Shown here piece by piece: positions 50,546-60,900 of a stretch of DNA of 64,000 nt (the stretch's first letter is position 1; every line of letters begins with the position of its first letter). The position numbers and the translations under genes were made by a program. Origin of the DNA: Actinomycetales bacterium (lineage in GTDB: Bacteria; Actinomycetota; Actinomycetes; Actinomycetales; CAVURS01); NCBI GenBank assembly GCA_045807245.1, contig JBJMHS010000030.1:1-64000 (forward strand). The letters are read 5' to 3'. The notes under the pieces were generated by a model, which made no database searches, had not been told where the DNA came from, and worked only from the letters and a program-made list of their open reading frames with translations.

Positions 50546-51043
50546 ATGCCCGTGCCGGAGAGCCGAACCGTCGACGTGACGGGTGAGCCGGCTCTGTCCA
50601 GTCATGGCGTCTGCGCCGCCGATGTGATGAGCGCTCCGGTGCACGTGGTGGGTCCGCAGGAAACCATGTGGGACGCATGGTCGGTGATGTTGCACTCGGG
50701 ACAGCGCCATGTCGTGGTCTGCGACGCCCACCGTTGCGCCGGCGTACTCGACGACCGGATCCTCTTCGCGCACTGGCCGACCGGGCCGTTCGGCGTCCGG
50801 TCGACGCCGGTCAGGGACCTGATGCGTTCGCGCACCACGTGCGTCCTGCCCGAGACGACCCTCGCGCGGATAGCCATGGTGATGGTCACCGAGGGCGTGG
50901 ACGCCGTACCCGTGACGGATGCAGACGGCATGGTGCTTGGCATCGTCACCGGCAGCGACATCGCCGCGGCGGTCGCCCGTTACGACCTGGGCGGCACGCG
51001 ACCTGAAGGCCCGGCTGATCTCGCCGGCTCAACGACCGTCTAA
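50546..51043 (+). CDS. CBS-domain protein
   Basis: AADVMSAPV...VRDLMR...AVPVTDADGMVLGIVTGSDI. Confidence 0.85.
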   Translation: MPVPESRTVDVTGEPALSSHGVCAADVMSAPVHVVGPQETMWDAWSVMLHSGQRHVVVCDAHRCAGVLDDRILFAHWPTGPFGVRSTPVRDLMRSRTTCVLPETTLARIAMVMVTEGVDAVPVTDADGMVLGIVTGSDIAAAVARYDLGGTRPEGPADLAGSTTV

Positions 51044-51061
51044 CCAAGAAGGAGGTGCGCT

Positions 51062-51607
51062 ATGCGCGCCCTGGTGGTGTACGAGTCGATGTTCGGGAAC
51101 ACGCGAGCGATCGCCGAGGCGATCGGGGAGGGCCTCAGCGCGGTGTACTCCGTCGACGTCCGCAACGCGGGAACGGTGTCCCGCGCGGAGCTCGAGCAGG
51201 CCGACCTGATCGTTGCGGGCGGTCCGACCCATGCGTGGGGCATCAGCCGTCCGAGCACGCGCGAAGGAGCCCTCAAGCAGGCGGAGGTGCCGGGCTCCGG
51301 CTTGAAGCTCGAGACCGGCGCGACCGGGCCGGGACTGCGCGAGCTGTTCGCGGGCGTCACTGGCCTCCGGGCGAGTGCGGCCGCGTTCGACACCCGGATC
51401 GACAAGCCCGCGATGGTGACCGGTCGGGCCAGCCGCAAGATCGCCCGGCTGCTCAAACGCAGTGGATGCAACGCCGTTGCCCGCCCCGAGAGCTTCCTCG
51501 TCAGCGGTAAGCCGACGACGCTCGTGCCGGGCGAGGACGTGCGCGCCCGAGGCTGGGGTTCGAAATTCGCGTCCAGCAAGCCGGCTGTCGACCGCCACCC
51601 CCAGTGA
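51062..51607 (+). CDS. Flavodoxin family protein
   Basis: RBS aggagg. VVYESMFGNTRAIAEAI, GGPTH and AAFDTR. Confidence 0.9.
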   Translation: MRALVVYESMFGNTRAIAEAIGEGLSAVYSVDVRNAGTVSRAELEQADLIVAGGPTHAWGISRPSTREGALKQAEVPGSGLKLETGATGPGLRELFAGVTGLRASAAAFDTRIDKPAMVTGRASRKIARLLKRSGCNAVARPESFLVSGKPTTLVPGEDVRARGWGSKFASSKPAVDRHPQ

Positions 51608-52296
51608 CATCTCGCCCGCGCCGCAACCTTGCGGTGGTGGCTTGCGCGCTCACCTGGAGCGGCGCACTGCTGCACATCATCGGCCTCCGCTACGGGTCGA
51701 CAGCTGCGGAGCGCAGGTGCGTTCTCGCCAGCGACAAGCTGGTCCCGAATCCGTCCTTGGTGACGAACCACGCCATCACCATCGACGTCGCGGCCGATCA
51801 AGTCTGGCCGTGGCTGACCCAGATGGGGTGGCACCGTGCCGGCTGGTACACCCCTCGCTGGGTGGACCGGTTGCTCTTCCCCGGCAACTGGCCGAGTGCC
51901 CAGTTCCTTGACCCCGGGCTCGTCCGTGATCTGCGGCCCGGGGACACCATGGCGGATGGGCCGCCCGGCACTGCTGGCTTCGTGGTGCAGGAAGCACAGC
52001 CGCCGTACCTGCTTGTCTTACACTCCACCACTCACCTCCCACCGCACTGGAGGGAGAGGTACGGCGCACGCCTGAGCTGGTCCTGGACCTTCCGTCTACA
52101 GCCGGTCGACGAAGGCCGGACTCGCCTTCTGGTCCGCACCCGCGGAAGAGTGCACCCGGGATGGCTGGACATCGCCTACCGGGCGTTCGTGACTCCGGCC
52201 GACGGGGTGATGGCGACCGCGATGTTGCGTGGGCTGAAGGGGCGCGTTGAGAACACTCAGCTCGGCAGGAAGGGACGAAGGACCCTCCCCGCCTGA
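51604..52296 (+). CDS. SRPBCC-like protein
   Basis: HAITIDVAADQVWPWLTQMGWHRAGWY, SWTFRL and TRLLVR. Confidence 0.8.
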   Translation: MTSRPRRNLAVVACALTWSGALLHIIGLRYGSTAAERRCVLASDKLVPNPSLVTNHAITIDVAADQVWPWLTQMGWHRAGWYTPRWVDRLLFPGNWPSAQFLDPGLVRDLRPGDTMADGPPGTAGFVVQEAQPPYLLVLHSTTHLPPHWRERYGARLSWSWTFRLQPVDEGRTRLLVRTRGRVHPGWLDIAYRAFVTPADGVMATAMLRGLKGRVENTQLGRKGRRTLPA

Positions 52297-52314
52297 CGCC
52301 TTTCCTCGGAGCAT
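52272..52314 (+). promoter_or_regulatory. Dev/DosR-box promoter overlapping the upstream CDS end
   Basis: GGGACGAAGGACCC, 23-nt gap, GAGCAT. Confidence 0.7.
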
Positions 52315-52362
52315 GGTCATGGAGGGGCCAGGAGCTGGCCCCGCAGCCTGAAGGAGCTGGCC

Positions 52363-53262
52363 ATGTCCCCGGCAACCACCCCCGGCCCCGTCGTCGTAGG
52401 AGTCGACTTCTCGAAAGACAACGCCGCGGCATTGGAGTACGCCGCCGCTCTGGCAGTCCGACGTCAGCTGCCGCTCGAGCTGGTCTACGCCGTGGACCCC
52501 CAGACTGCTCCGCCCACCTACCTGGCGATGTCCATGGACGAGATCAGCGAGGCGGCCGAGGAGGAGCTGGCCGACCAGGCCACGACATTGCGCCAGGACA
52601 ATCCCGGCCTCGAGGTCACCACACAGTTCCTGGCGCAGTCGCCCACCGACGCGCTCGTGGAGGCATCCAAGCGGGCGAGCATGGTCGTCCTGGGTTCGCG
52701 TGGTCATGGCAGCTTCGGCCAGCTCCTCCTCGGGTCGGTCGCCTGGCGGGTGACGTCCCGGGCGGTAGGCCCCGTCTTGTTGGTGCGGCCGGGCGAGCTG
52801 GTCGGTCATCTGGCGCAGGGTCCAGTCCTCGTGGGCCTGGATGGCTCCGAGAGCTCGCGCAGGGCACTCAGGTTCGCGTTCCAGGAGGCGACCTCGCGTC
52901 GGACCGGCCTCATTGCCGTCACCGTCTGGGCTCTGCCGCATCCCGAGGGACTCGAGATCGGCCGTGACTGGCCGGCTAACGCTGCGCAGTGGGAGCCAGA
53001 GATGGAGTCCGACGCGGCTCGCATGCTCTCCGAGGCCTTGGCCGGCACGGGCCGCGAGTATCCCGACGTGTTCGTGTCCAAGGTCGTCGTCCACGGACTC
53101 AACGTCCCGCAGACCCTGCTCGAGGTCGCCTCGGCCAACAGCGCCGACCTGATCGTTGTGGGAGCTCGAGGGACGCATGCTTTCGCCGAGCTCGTGCTGG
53201 GCGCGGTAGGGGTCCAGCTCTCGCAGCACTCCGACCGCACGGTCGCCGTCGTGCATGGCTGA
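52363..53262 (+). CDS. Tandem-domain universal stress protein
   Basis: VVVGVDFS...VLGSRGHG...LGSV and VLVGLDGS...IVVGARG...LGAV. Confidence 0.93.
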   Translation: MSPATTPGPVVVGVDFSKDNAAALEYAAALAVRRQLPLELVYAVDPQTAPPTYLAMSMDEISEAAEEELADQATTLRQDNPGLEVTTQFLAQSPTDALVEASKRASMVVLGSRGHGSFGQLLLGSVAWRVTSRAVGPVLLVRPGELVGHLAQGPVLVGLDGSESSRRALRFAFQEATSRRTGLIAVTVWALPHPEGLEIGRDWPANAAQWEPEMESDAARMLSEALAGTGREYPDVFVSKVVVHGLNVPQTLLEVASANSADLIVVGARGTHAFAELVLGAVGVQLSQHSDRTVAVVHG

Positions 53263-53295
53263 ACGACGGATGACAACAGCTGACAAGGGAGGGTC

Positions 53296-54603
53296 ATGAA
53301 CCCCGCAGCAGGCGTGGTCCTCGAGATCGACCTACGGGACCGACCGCTCGTTCGGCCGGCCCGCAAGGACATCCGCATCGTGACAGGGTTGACCCTGGCC
53401 CTCGTTGCCGACGCGGTTGTCGCGTGCCTCGTGATGCTGCTCGACCCCGGCGTCCTGCGCGGGCCGGCCGCGATGAACGGCTCGGCTCGCGGGACAGCCC
53501 TCACGGTGCTCGTCGTCGCCGCGCCGTTCCTCGTCGTCTCCGTGATGGTTGCCCGACGGGGATCGTCGCTCGCGCTGCTCACCTGGTTGGGCGCCCTAGG
53601 CATGCTGGCCTACAACGCGCTGATGTTCCTGTTCGCGACCCCGTTCAACCGGCTCTTCCCGCTGTACGTCGCGTGCCTGGCGCTCAGCCTTTGGTCGCTC
53701 CGCTACCTCCTGCTCACCATCGACGTCGACGACCTCGAGGCTCGGTTCTCGGCCATGGCCCCTCGGCGCGGCGTGGCGGCGTACATCTGGGTCGTGGTCA
53801 CGCTCAACACGCTGGCCTGGCTGCGCCAGATCGTCCCTGGCTTGCTGAGGGCCGGCTCGCCGGAGTTCCTCCGCGGGACGGGCTTGACCACGAACATCGT
53901 CTTCGTCCAGGACCTGGGGCTGTGGCTGCCCCTGATGGCCGTCATCGCGGCCTGGCTCTGGCGCGGACGCCGTTGGGGCTACCTGCTCGCCACGGCCGGC
54001 CTCGTCATGTGGGTGCTCGAGAGCATCAGCGTCGCGGTCGACCAGGCGTACGGCGCGGCTGCGGACGCGGCCTCACCCGTTGCCTCGGCCGCGTTGACGC
54101 CCGTCTTCGGCTTGCTCGCACTCACCGGCATGGTGCCGATCCTCTTGCTGCTCAGGCATTTCGACGGTGAGGGCTTGGTGGCGAAGCTAGCGCGTCTCGT
54201 CCCGGCCGCAGAGCGGCGTACGACATCTGCCTGGCTCCTCGCGGCGGTATCCGCACTCGTCGCGGTGGCATCGGCTTGGGGCGGCGTCGCTCTCATCCGC
54301 ACCGGATACGACCTGCCGGCTCGATGGCTCGAGGGCACGCCGTTCACGTCGTGGACGTGGCCGGGGGTCGCGCTCCTCGTCGGTGTCACGGTCCCCCACC
54401 TACTCCTCGCCGCGCTGGTGACCGGGGGTTCGCCGTGGGCTCGGCTGGCTGGGATCGCATGCGGGACAATGCTCGTCGCGTGGATCGCAGTGCAACTCGT
54501 CGTGCTGCAGCAGCTCTCTTTCCTTCAGCCGGTCGTGGCGGCGATCGGCGTGCTCGAGATCTGGCTGGTCCGGCGCTGGCGACCACTGCTGGCGCGCACA
54601 TGA
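53296..54603 (+). CDS. Polytopic membrane protein (two-module fusion)
   Basis: An N-terminal module of about 8 TMs similar to 19085..19969, plus a C-terminal 4-TM module (WLEGTPFTSWTWPG...WIAVQ). Confidence 0.8.
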   Translation: MNPAAGVVLEIDLRDRPLVRPARKDIRIVTGLTLALVADAVVACLVMLLDPGVLRGPAAMNGSARGTALTVLVVAAPFLVVSVMVARRGSSLALLTWLGALGMLAYNALMFLFATPFNRLFPLYVACLALSLWSLRYLLLTIDVDDLEARFSAMAPRRGVAAYIWVVVTLNTLAWLRQIVPGLLRAGSPEFLRGTGLTTNIVFVQDLGLWLPLMAVIAAWLWRGRRWGYLLATAGLVMWVLESISVAVDQAYGAAADAASPVASAALTPVFGLLALTGMVPILLLLRHFDGEGLVAKLARLVPAAERRTTSAWLLAAVSALVAVASAWGGVALIRTGYDLPARWLEGTPFTSWTWPGVALLVGVTVPHLLLAALVTGGSPWARLAGIACGTMLVAWIAVQLVVLQQLSFLQPVVAAIGVLEIWLVRRWRPLLART

Positions 54604-55481
54604 GCTCCTCGGAACGGTCCGGGGTCGTGTTCACTGCCGACCCCTCGACCGGTGATCGGGACCGGCTGGTCATCGAGGCTGTGCTCGGTCGGGGTGAGGC
54701 CGTGGTCCGAGGCCTGGTCGTGCCCGACACGTATGTCCTCGCCAGGGAGCCCCTGCACATCGTCAGCGTCCGGGTCGGTCAACGGCACGTGAAGATCGTC
54801 CCCGACCCTCACGGTGCTGGGATCGAGGTGCCGACGTCTGAGGACGAGGAGGACGAGCGCGTTCTCACCAGCGAGGAGATCATGGCGGTGGCCCAGCTGG
54901 GGATCGCCAACGAACGCGCGTACGGTTCACCACAGGGTGTGGAGTGGGCGATGGCCGACGGGCACACGTGGATGGTCGAGCGCCGGCCTCTCGCGACCTT
55001 GCGTCTTCAGGGTGAGTCCTTGGCAGAGCGTGCATCCGACAACGACGAAGGGCAGGTCACCCCCATGAGCTCTGGGTCCGATCCGCAAGCAGCAGCCGAG
55101 ATGCCAGAGGAGCGGTGCCGGCAGCTGCTGTCGGCCACGCGCGTCTCGCGCGTCGCGTTCGTCGATGAGGGGCTGCCGAAGATCGTCGTGCTGAACCACG
55201 CGGTCGACGGTGACGACGTCCTGTTCCAAACGAGCGAAGACACCTCGCTGGCGCGGCTCACGGCGGGCGGTGAGGTGATCCTGGCGACGGTCGAGGCCGA
55301 CAGCGCGTCCGTTGCGTCCCACGCCGGCTGGTCGATCATCGCCTCCGGCCGGATGTTCCGCACGACCGAGGCCCAGATCCGCCACGCGCCCAAGCCGTGG
55401 CGGCCAGAAGCCGTGGGTGTCTTGCTGCGGCTCCACGTCGACGAGATCCACGGACAAGCCGTCGGTCCCGAAACCGGCTGA
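54600..55481 (+). CDS. Partial PEP-synthase nucleotide-binding (PPDK_N) fragment fused in frame to a PNPOx-like domain
   Basis: SGVVFTADP...GRGEAVVRG...PDTY...YGSPQGVEW...RP, then ERCRQLLSATRVSRVAF...GWSIIASG...PKPW. Internal ATG at 55065. Confidence 0.7.
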   Translation: MSSSERSGVVFTADPSTGDRDRLVIEAVLGRGEAVVRGLVVPDTYVLAREPLHIVSVRVGQRHVKIVPDPHGAGIEVPTSEDEEDERVLTSEEIMAVAQLGIANERAYGSPQGVEWAMADGHTWMVERRPLATLRLQGESLAERASDNDEGQVTPMSSGSDPQAAAEMPEERCRQLLSATRVSRVAFVDEGLPKIVVLNHAVDGDDVLFQTSEDTSLARLTAGGEVILATVEADSASVASHAGWSIIASGRMFRTTEAQIRHAPKPWRPEAVGVLLRLHVDEIHGQAVGPETG

Positions 55482-55601
55482 CGTGGCTCACCTGGCTGCC
55501 GCTGGGATCAACGTCGTGGGCCGGTCAGCTGAGCTTGGCCCGATCCTTTTCCGCGATCGGCGCGACTTGTTGCCCGCCACCGTGACCCGGTCGCCAGGCG
55601 G

Positions 55602-57491
55602 TCACGAAGGGCGCAACAGCCACACCGGATTCGAGAACGCGATGCAGCGGCCCGCTTCGTCGATCACTTCCACTCGCGCGAAGCTCGAACGTGAGTTGTC
55701 CAGACTTGCGGTCACCTCGCCAGAGCTGAACGAACCCGCTGGGATCATTTGGGTCGTGGCTGACGACGGATCCAGAGCCGTCGAGCCGAATTCGACAGCA
55801 CCTTGAACCACCCGGACTGCGCCTGCGCTTGGTAGTCCCGTGGCCAAGATGCGTAGGTCGATCGACGGGTCCGTGCCGTCGACCAGAACCTCTCCCATAC
55901 GGACTGATCCGCCGGCGGCAGACAGGTCCAGCGTGGGCGTAGTCCCCAATTCCCGACAGTAGGTGCGGCCGCCAGCGATGGCGGTCACGAGGGACATCTC
56001 GTCGAGTCCGGTCGTCCACGCGCAGGTCGCGAAACGGTTCTTCGTTCTGGTCCAGGTGCCGTGTTCGCCTTGATGGTCATCGGACACCCCGATTCCCGGC
56101 AGGAAAAGTCCGTTGCGAAGGAGTGTGTCCCACAAGTCGAGGTGTCCTCGAAGGTCGGCGCCGCGTGCTGCATACCCGACCTCAATCATGTCCAATGCCG
56201 GTCGAGCCGCAAGCAGCCCTGCGACGACTGTGTGACGCGTGGCGGCACTGGCGGCCGTACCGAACCCGGTGCCAAATGGATGGTTGAGTGAGGCGAGGCC
56301 GCCGCCATTGTGAATCATCCCCGCCTGCTGCGCGGCTAGGACATAGGGGTCCACCTTGCTGTGCGGCTTCACTTTGGTCCATGTGGAAGAGTCGAAGACC
56401 GCCGGGCCGCCTCCGTACCAGTTGAGGTGCTGACTGAAGTACGAAACCTCCAGTCCCTGCATCTGCACTATGCCCGGGTACTTGGTCCTAAGTCCGGTCA
56501 TCAGATCCCGCTGGTTGCCCAAGACCGCGTTTCCGACGTCAGCCCGTTGGAAGGTCAGGTAGTCGAAGTAGCCGCCAGCTGGAGCACCATTCCGGCTCGT
56601 CGCACCCAGCCAGAGCTGCGAGAACGAGTTGTCCGCACTCGCAATGTCGGGCCACAAAGCCGAGATGTCTGCTTGAGGGTTGACCACAACGCTCGTCCAC
56701 GACCCGGGCTCGACGGGCACCCAGACGACACCCAACGTGCCGTGCGTCTCCGGGGCAGCGGCTCCGGCACGAAAGCGGTAGGAGATCTGGTACGGCGAGG
56801 GCGGGCGGCCGGGGGCCGGGGGCCGGCGTGACAATCCGACGAGCATCTCTAGCCACGAGTCGGGGCCGGTCTGTGTCGCCAGCACATCGATGCGAACCGT
56901 CAACCCGGCAACGTTGCTCCTAGCGTTCGTACGCGATGAACTGGTGTCCGCATACCAGCGGTAGCTTGCCTCTCCAGCCCCTGCGCTGACAGCCGTAGAA
57001 CCAAGGGCACCTGGCACCGGGCTAGGGTCATTCGGGCTCGTAGGGGAGGCAACTATCCCTCCGCCACCGGTGGTCAACGACCCGGATGTCGCCGGCACCC
57101 AATGCCAGGTTCCGCCCGCTTCGGTCTCGCCCGTCAGACTGTCGAAGTGGACGTTTCGCCTGTAGGCGGCAGCCGCCATTCGCCAGTCGTGGTCCGTCCA
57201 CCACAAGACATCGACACCGGCGAGTGCTGCCTCAGCGAGCTGGGCCTCCATACTGCCCGTGCCCTCCGAGAAGCTGGAGTGCACGTGCATGGCCATCGTT
57301 CGGACCTGCTCACCAAGTTGGTTGACCGCCACAGAGGCAGTCGACGCTGACCCCAGGCGTCCGCTAGCCCTCCCCAGTCCCACACCCGCGACAACACCGA
57401 CGGCCCCTCCCAACACTGACCGGCGCGTGACGTCAGTGTCGCGACCCACCGTCTCAGGCGGTACAGGCTCCTCTAGTTGCTCATCGCACAT
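55602..57491 (-). CDS. Tat-exported PHP-family metallohydrolase (CehA/McbA-like)
   Basis: TRRSVLG Tat signal. MHVHSSFSEG, WTDHD, LNHPF, GVSDDH and C-terminal FSNPVWL. Confidence 0.8.
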   Translation of the reverse strand: MCDEQLEEPVPPETVGRDTDVTRRSVLGGAVGVVAGVGLGRASGRLGSASTASVAVNQLGEQVRTMAMHVHSSFSEGTGSMEAQLAEAALAGVDVLWWTDHDWRMAAAAYRRNVHFDSLTGETEAGGTWHWVPATSGSLTTGGGGIVASPTSPNDPSPVPGALGSTAVSAGAGEASYRWYADTSSSRTNARSNVAGLTVRIDVLATQTGPDSWLEMLVGLSRRPPAPGRPPSPYQISYRFRAGAAAPETHGTLGVVWVPVEPGSWTSVVVNPQADISALWPDIASADNSFSQLWLGATSRNGAPAGGYFDYLTFQRADVGNAVLGNQRDLMTGLRTKYPGIVQMQGLEVSYFSQHLNWYGGGPAVFDSSTWTKVKPHSKVDPYVLAAQQAGMIHNGGGLASLNHPFGTGFGTAASAATRHTVVAGLLAARPALDMIEVGYAARGADLRGHLDLWDTLLRNGLFLPGIGVSDDHQGEHGTWTRTKNRFATCAWTTGLDEMSLVTAIAGGRTYCRELGTTPTLDLSAAGGSVRMGEVLVDGTDPSIDLRILATGLPSAGAVRVVQGAVEFGSTALDPSSATTQMIPAGSFSSGEVTASLDNSRSSFARVEVIDEAGRCIAFSNPVWLLRPS

Positions 57492-57919
57492 CGCCGAACC
57501 CCCGTCCTACAGACGAGGCTGTCGCCGCTCTGTCAGGTCCAGTGCACGAAACAGCTGCCGCCATGATTCTGGCACCCGCGAACCCGCGCAGCAATGAACG
57601 TCGCAGCACCCAGCCAGGACGTGGTTCGCGGAGAGTTGGGGCCGTTCAGAGACGCTCGCTCAGCCCGTCCCTGGCGGCGGACGTCTTCGCGCGACCCCGG
57701 ATGTCGGGGAGGCCGTTCTAGACAATCTGGCGTGTCTTTCGGCTGGCGACTGTCGTGACCTCGAGGGCCACTAAGCCGATCGGGGGTCAGCCGAACGGTC
57801 AGGAATGAGCGGCCGGAACGGTCGATGTGTCCGGTCCCCGGCGTCCCTAGCGTCGAAGCAGGTCCAGAACGCCTGGGCCTACGTCGTGCGCTGCGTGCGT
57901 TTGCTGGAGGGCCGGACCC

Positions 57920-60900
57920 ATGAAGAAGACACCTATCCGGCCCAGGCGTGTCCTGGCGACGATCGCCTCCGCGAGCCTCGTCCTCACCACCATCCTCCTT
58001 GGGCTCGGAGTCCTGTCCGCGAGCGCCAACACCGTGCTGTCCGTCACCGTGACGGGAGGGCCGGGCACGTACACCGACCCGACGTACGGCGTGTATGCCC
58101 GGTCTGGCCAGTCCGCGACCTTCACCGCCAACACCGACTCGACGACGGCATGTGTCGTCGTGACCACCGGCAGCACCACCCTGGCCTCGCTCACCGTGAC
58201 CAGCCTGAAGGCGACGTACCAGCTGACGGCGGGTGCCGGTAACGGCATGCAGGCCCTCACGTTCACGCCGTTCCGGAACATGAACAACGGCAACTGTTCG
58301 GGCGCCGGCCAAGTGTCGGCGAAGACCGCGACCTACGTCCTGGACAACACCGGGCCGACGCTCACGCCCGGGCTCGATCCCGCCGCCAACCCGGCCGGTT
58401 GGAACCGCACCAACACCACCGTCACGTGGACCGCGACCGACCCCTCGGCCGACACCTCGACACCAGGTTCCGGCGTGCCGACCCAGCCGACGGCGTCGAC
58501 GACCTACACGCAGAGCGGCATCGTCGCCCTCACCGCGCCCTCCGGTGTCGTCGACCGGGTAGGCAACGTGGGAACCGGCAGCGGCACCCTACGGCTGGAC
58601 AAGGCGGCCCCGACCATCACGGGGTCGCGCACGCCGGCCCCCAACGGGTTCGGGTGGAACAACACCCCGGTGACCACCAGCTTCGCGTGTTCGGACAACC
58701 CCGCGGTGGACGCATCCGGCTTGGCTAGCCCCGGCTGCCCAGCAGCCGTTGTCGTCGGCAGCTCGACCGACCCCGCTCAGGACGTCACGGGCGGCTCAGT
58801 CAGCCGCTCCGTCCTGGACGTTGCAGGCAACTCGTCCACGAGCACCGTCTCCGGCCTCAACGTCGACACCGTGCGGCCGACCCTGTCGGGCAGCACGACC
58901 ACTGCGCCCAACTCCGCCGGCTGGTTCAAGGGCGACGTGACGATCCAGTGGACGGCCAGCGACGCCCGATCCGGTGTTGACCCGGTGACGGTCCCCGGGG
59001 ACAGCGTCATCTCCAGCGAGGGCACCAGCCTGACCGCGAGCGCGTCGGTCAGTGACCAGGCCGGCAACACGCGGAGCGCCACCAGCACAGGGGTCAGCAT
59101 CGACCGGACGGCCCCGGTCACCGGCGTGAGCGGCCCGTCGAACGCGTGGTCCAACGGCACGGTCACTGTGAACTTGTCCCCAGTGGACGCCCTCTCGGGC
59201 GTCGCTTCGACGACCTACGCGGTCGACGGTGGAGCCCCTCAGACCGGCACCTCGTTCAGCCTCGCCACCGAGGGCGACCACACCGTGACGTACTTCAGCA
59301 CGGACCAGGCCGGCAACGCGGAGGCGGCCCGCACGGCGCACGTCAAGATCGACAAGACGGCGCCGACGATCACGCACTCCTTCGCACCGCTGTCATACGA
59401 CGGCGGCTGGACCAACGCGGCCAAGGTCACTGTCACGTTCGTCTGCAGCGACGACGCGTCGGGCGTCGCGAGCTGCACCCCCTCCGCAGAGCTGGCAGCT
59501 GAGGGCGGGAACCAGCACGTGCACGGTGTCGCCACGGACCAGGCGGGCAACAGCGCGTCGGACGACGCGACCGTCAACATCGACCGGACACCGCCGACCA
59601 TCAGCGCGGCTGCGGACCGTGCGGCCAACGGCAACGGCTGGTACGACGGTGACGTCCGCGTCAGCTTCGCCTGTGCAGACCAGGCCGGCCTTTCCGGCAT
59701 CGGCGTGTGCGCAGCCACGAAGGTGCTCGGCGAGGGGGAACACCAAAGCGCCGACGGCACGGCCACCGACAATGCCGGCAACTCAGCCACCGCATCGCTC
59801 ACCGGGATCGACGTGGACAAGACGCCGCCATCCCTGTCCGGAGCCGCGACGACGCAGCCGAACTCGAAGGGGTGGTACGACAACAGCGTGGTCGTCCAGT
59901 GGTCGTGCTCCGACGCGCTCTCCGGCATCGACGGCAGCTGCCCCGCCGACAGCACGGTGAGCGGCGAAGGCTCCGACCTCCAGGCCACGGAGACCGTATC
60001 CGACCGGGCCGGCAACTCCCGGACCGCATCGGCGCCGGGTATCCGGATCGACACCATACCGCCGGTGACCATCGCGTCGGTGTCGGACCCGCTGGCCACC
60101 GGTTGGTACGCCGACAAGGCACACGTCGCGCTCACCGGGCACGACAACCTGTCCGGCCTTGACAGGACGTTCTACAGCGTCGATGCGGGCCCGGCCCAGG
60201 CCTATGCCGGTGCGTTCGACTTCTCGACGCCCGGCGTGCACTCGATCACCTTCTGGAGCAGGGACGAGGCCGGCAACCTGGAGGACGCGACCGGCTCCGG
60301 TCATGTGCTGACGCTGCGCATCGACGGCATCCCCCCGACGATCACGGGCTCCCACGAGCCGGCCCCGAATGCTGCCGGGTGGAACAACACCGACGTGACG
60401 GTGTCGTTCGACTGCTCCGATGCCGAGAGCGGTGTCGCCGGCTGCGAGGGCGGCACCACCCTGAAGAGCGACGGCGCAAACCAGTACGTCACAGGGCTGG
60501 CGACCGACCATGGCGGCAACTCCAGCACAGCGATGGTCGGTCCGGTCAACGTCGACCGGACGCCGCCGGTTCTCACCGGCGCCGCAACGACTTCGCCGAA
60601 CCAGAATGGCTGGTACAAGGGCGACGTGACGGTGCGCTGGACCGCGACGGACGCGACCTCCGGTGTCGATGAGGGAACCGTCCCTGCCGACACGACCGTC
60701 GGCGGCGAGGGCGAGGATCTCACCGCAGGACCGGTCTCCGTCCAGGACGTGGCCGGCAACGTGGCGAGCAACCAGGTGGCCCACCTCAAGATCGACCGCA
60801 CCGCGCCTGTGGTGACCGGTACGCCGACGACCTCACCCAACGCGGCGGGTTGGTACCGCGACGAGGTCAGCGTCGCCTGGACCTGCTCGGACGCCGGCTC

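Noticed and set aside
50998..51040. Possible Dev box GCGACCTGAAGGCCC upstream of the flavodoxin
   Set aside because: Half-site spacing is off by one and there is no -10-like hexamer at the 23-24 nt offset.
57492..57919. Possible riboswitch or ncRNA in the long intergenic region before the surface protein
   Set aside because: Only short GC-rich inverted repeats (e.g. ccgcgaacc/ggttcgcgg). I could not match c-di-AMP or c-di-GMP riboswitch consensus by eye; an Rfam scan is needed.
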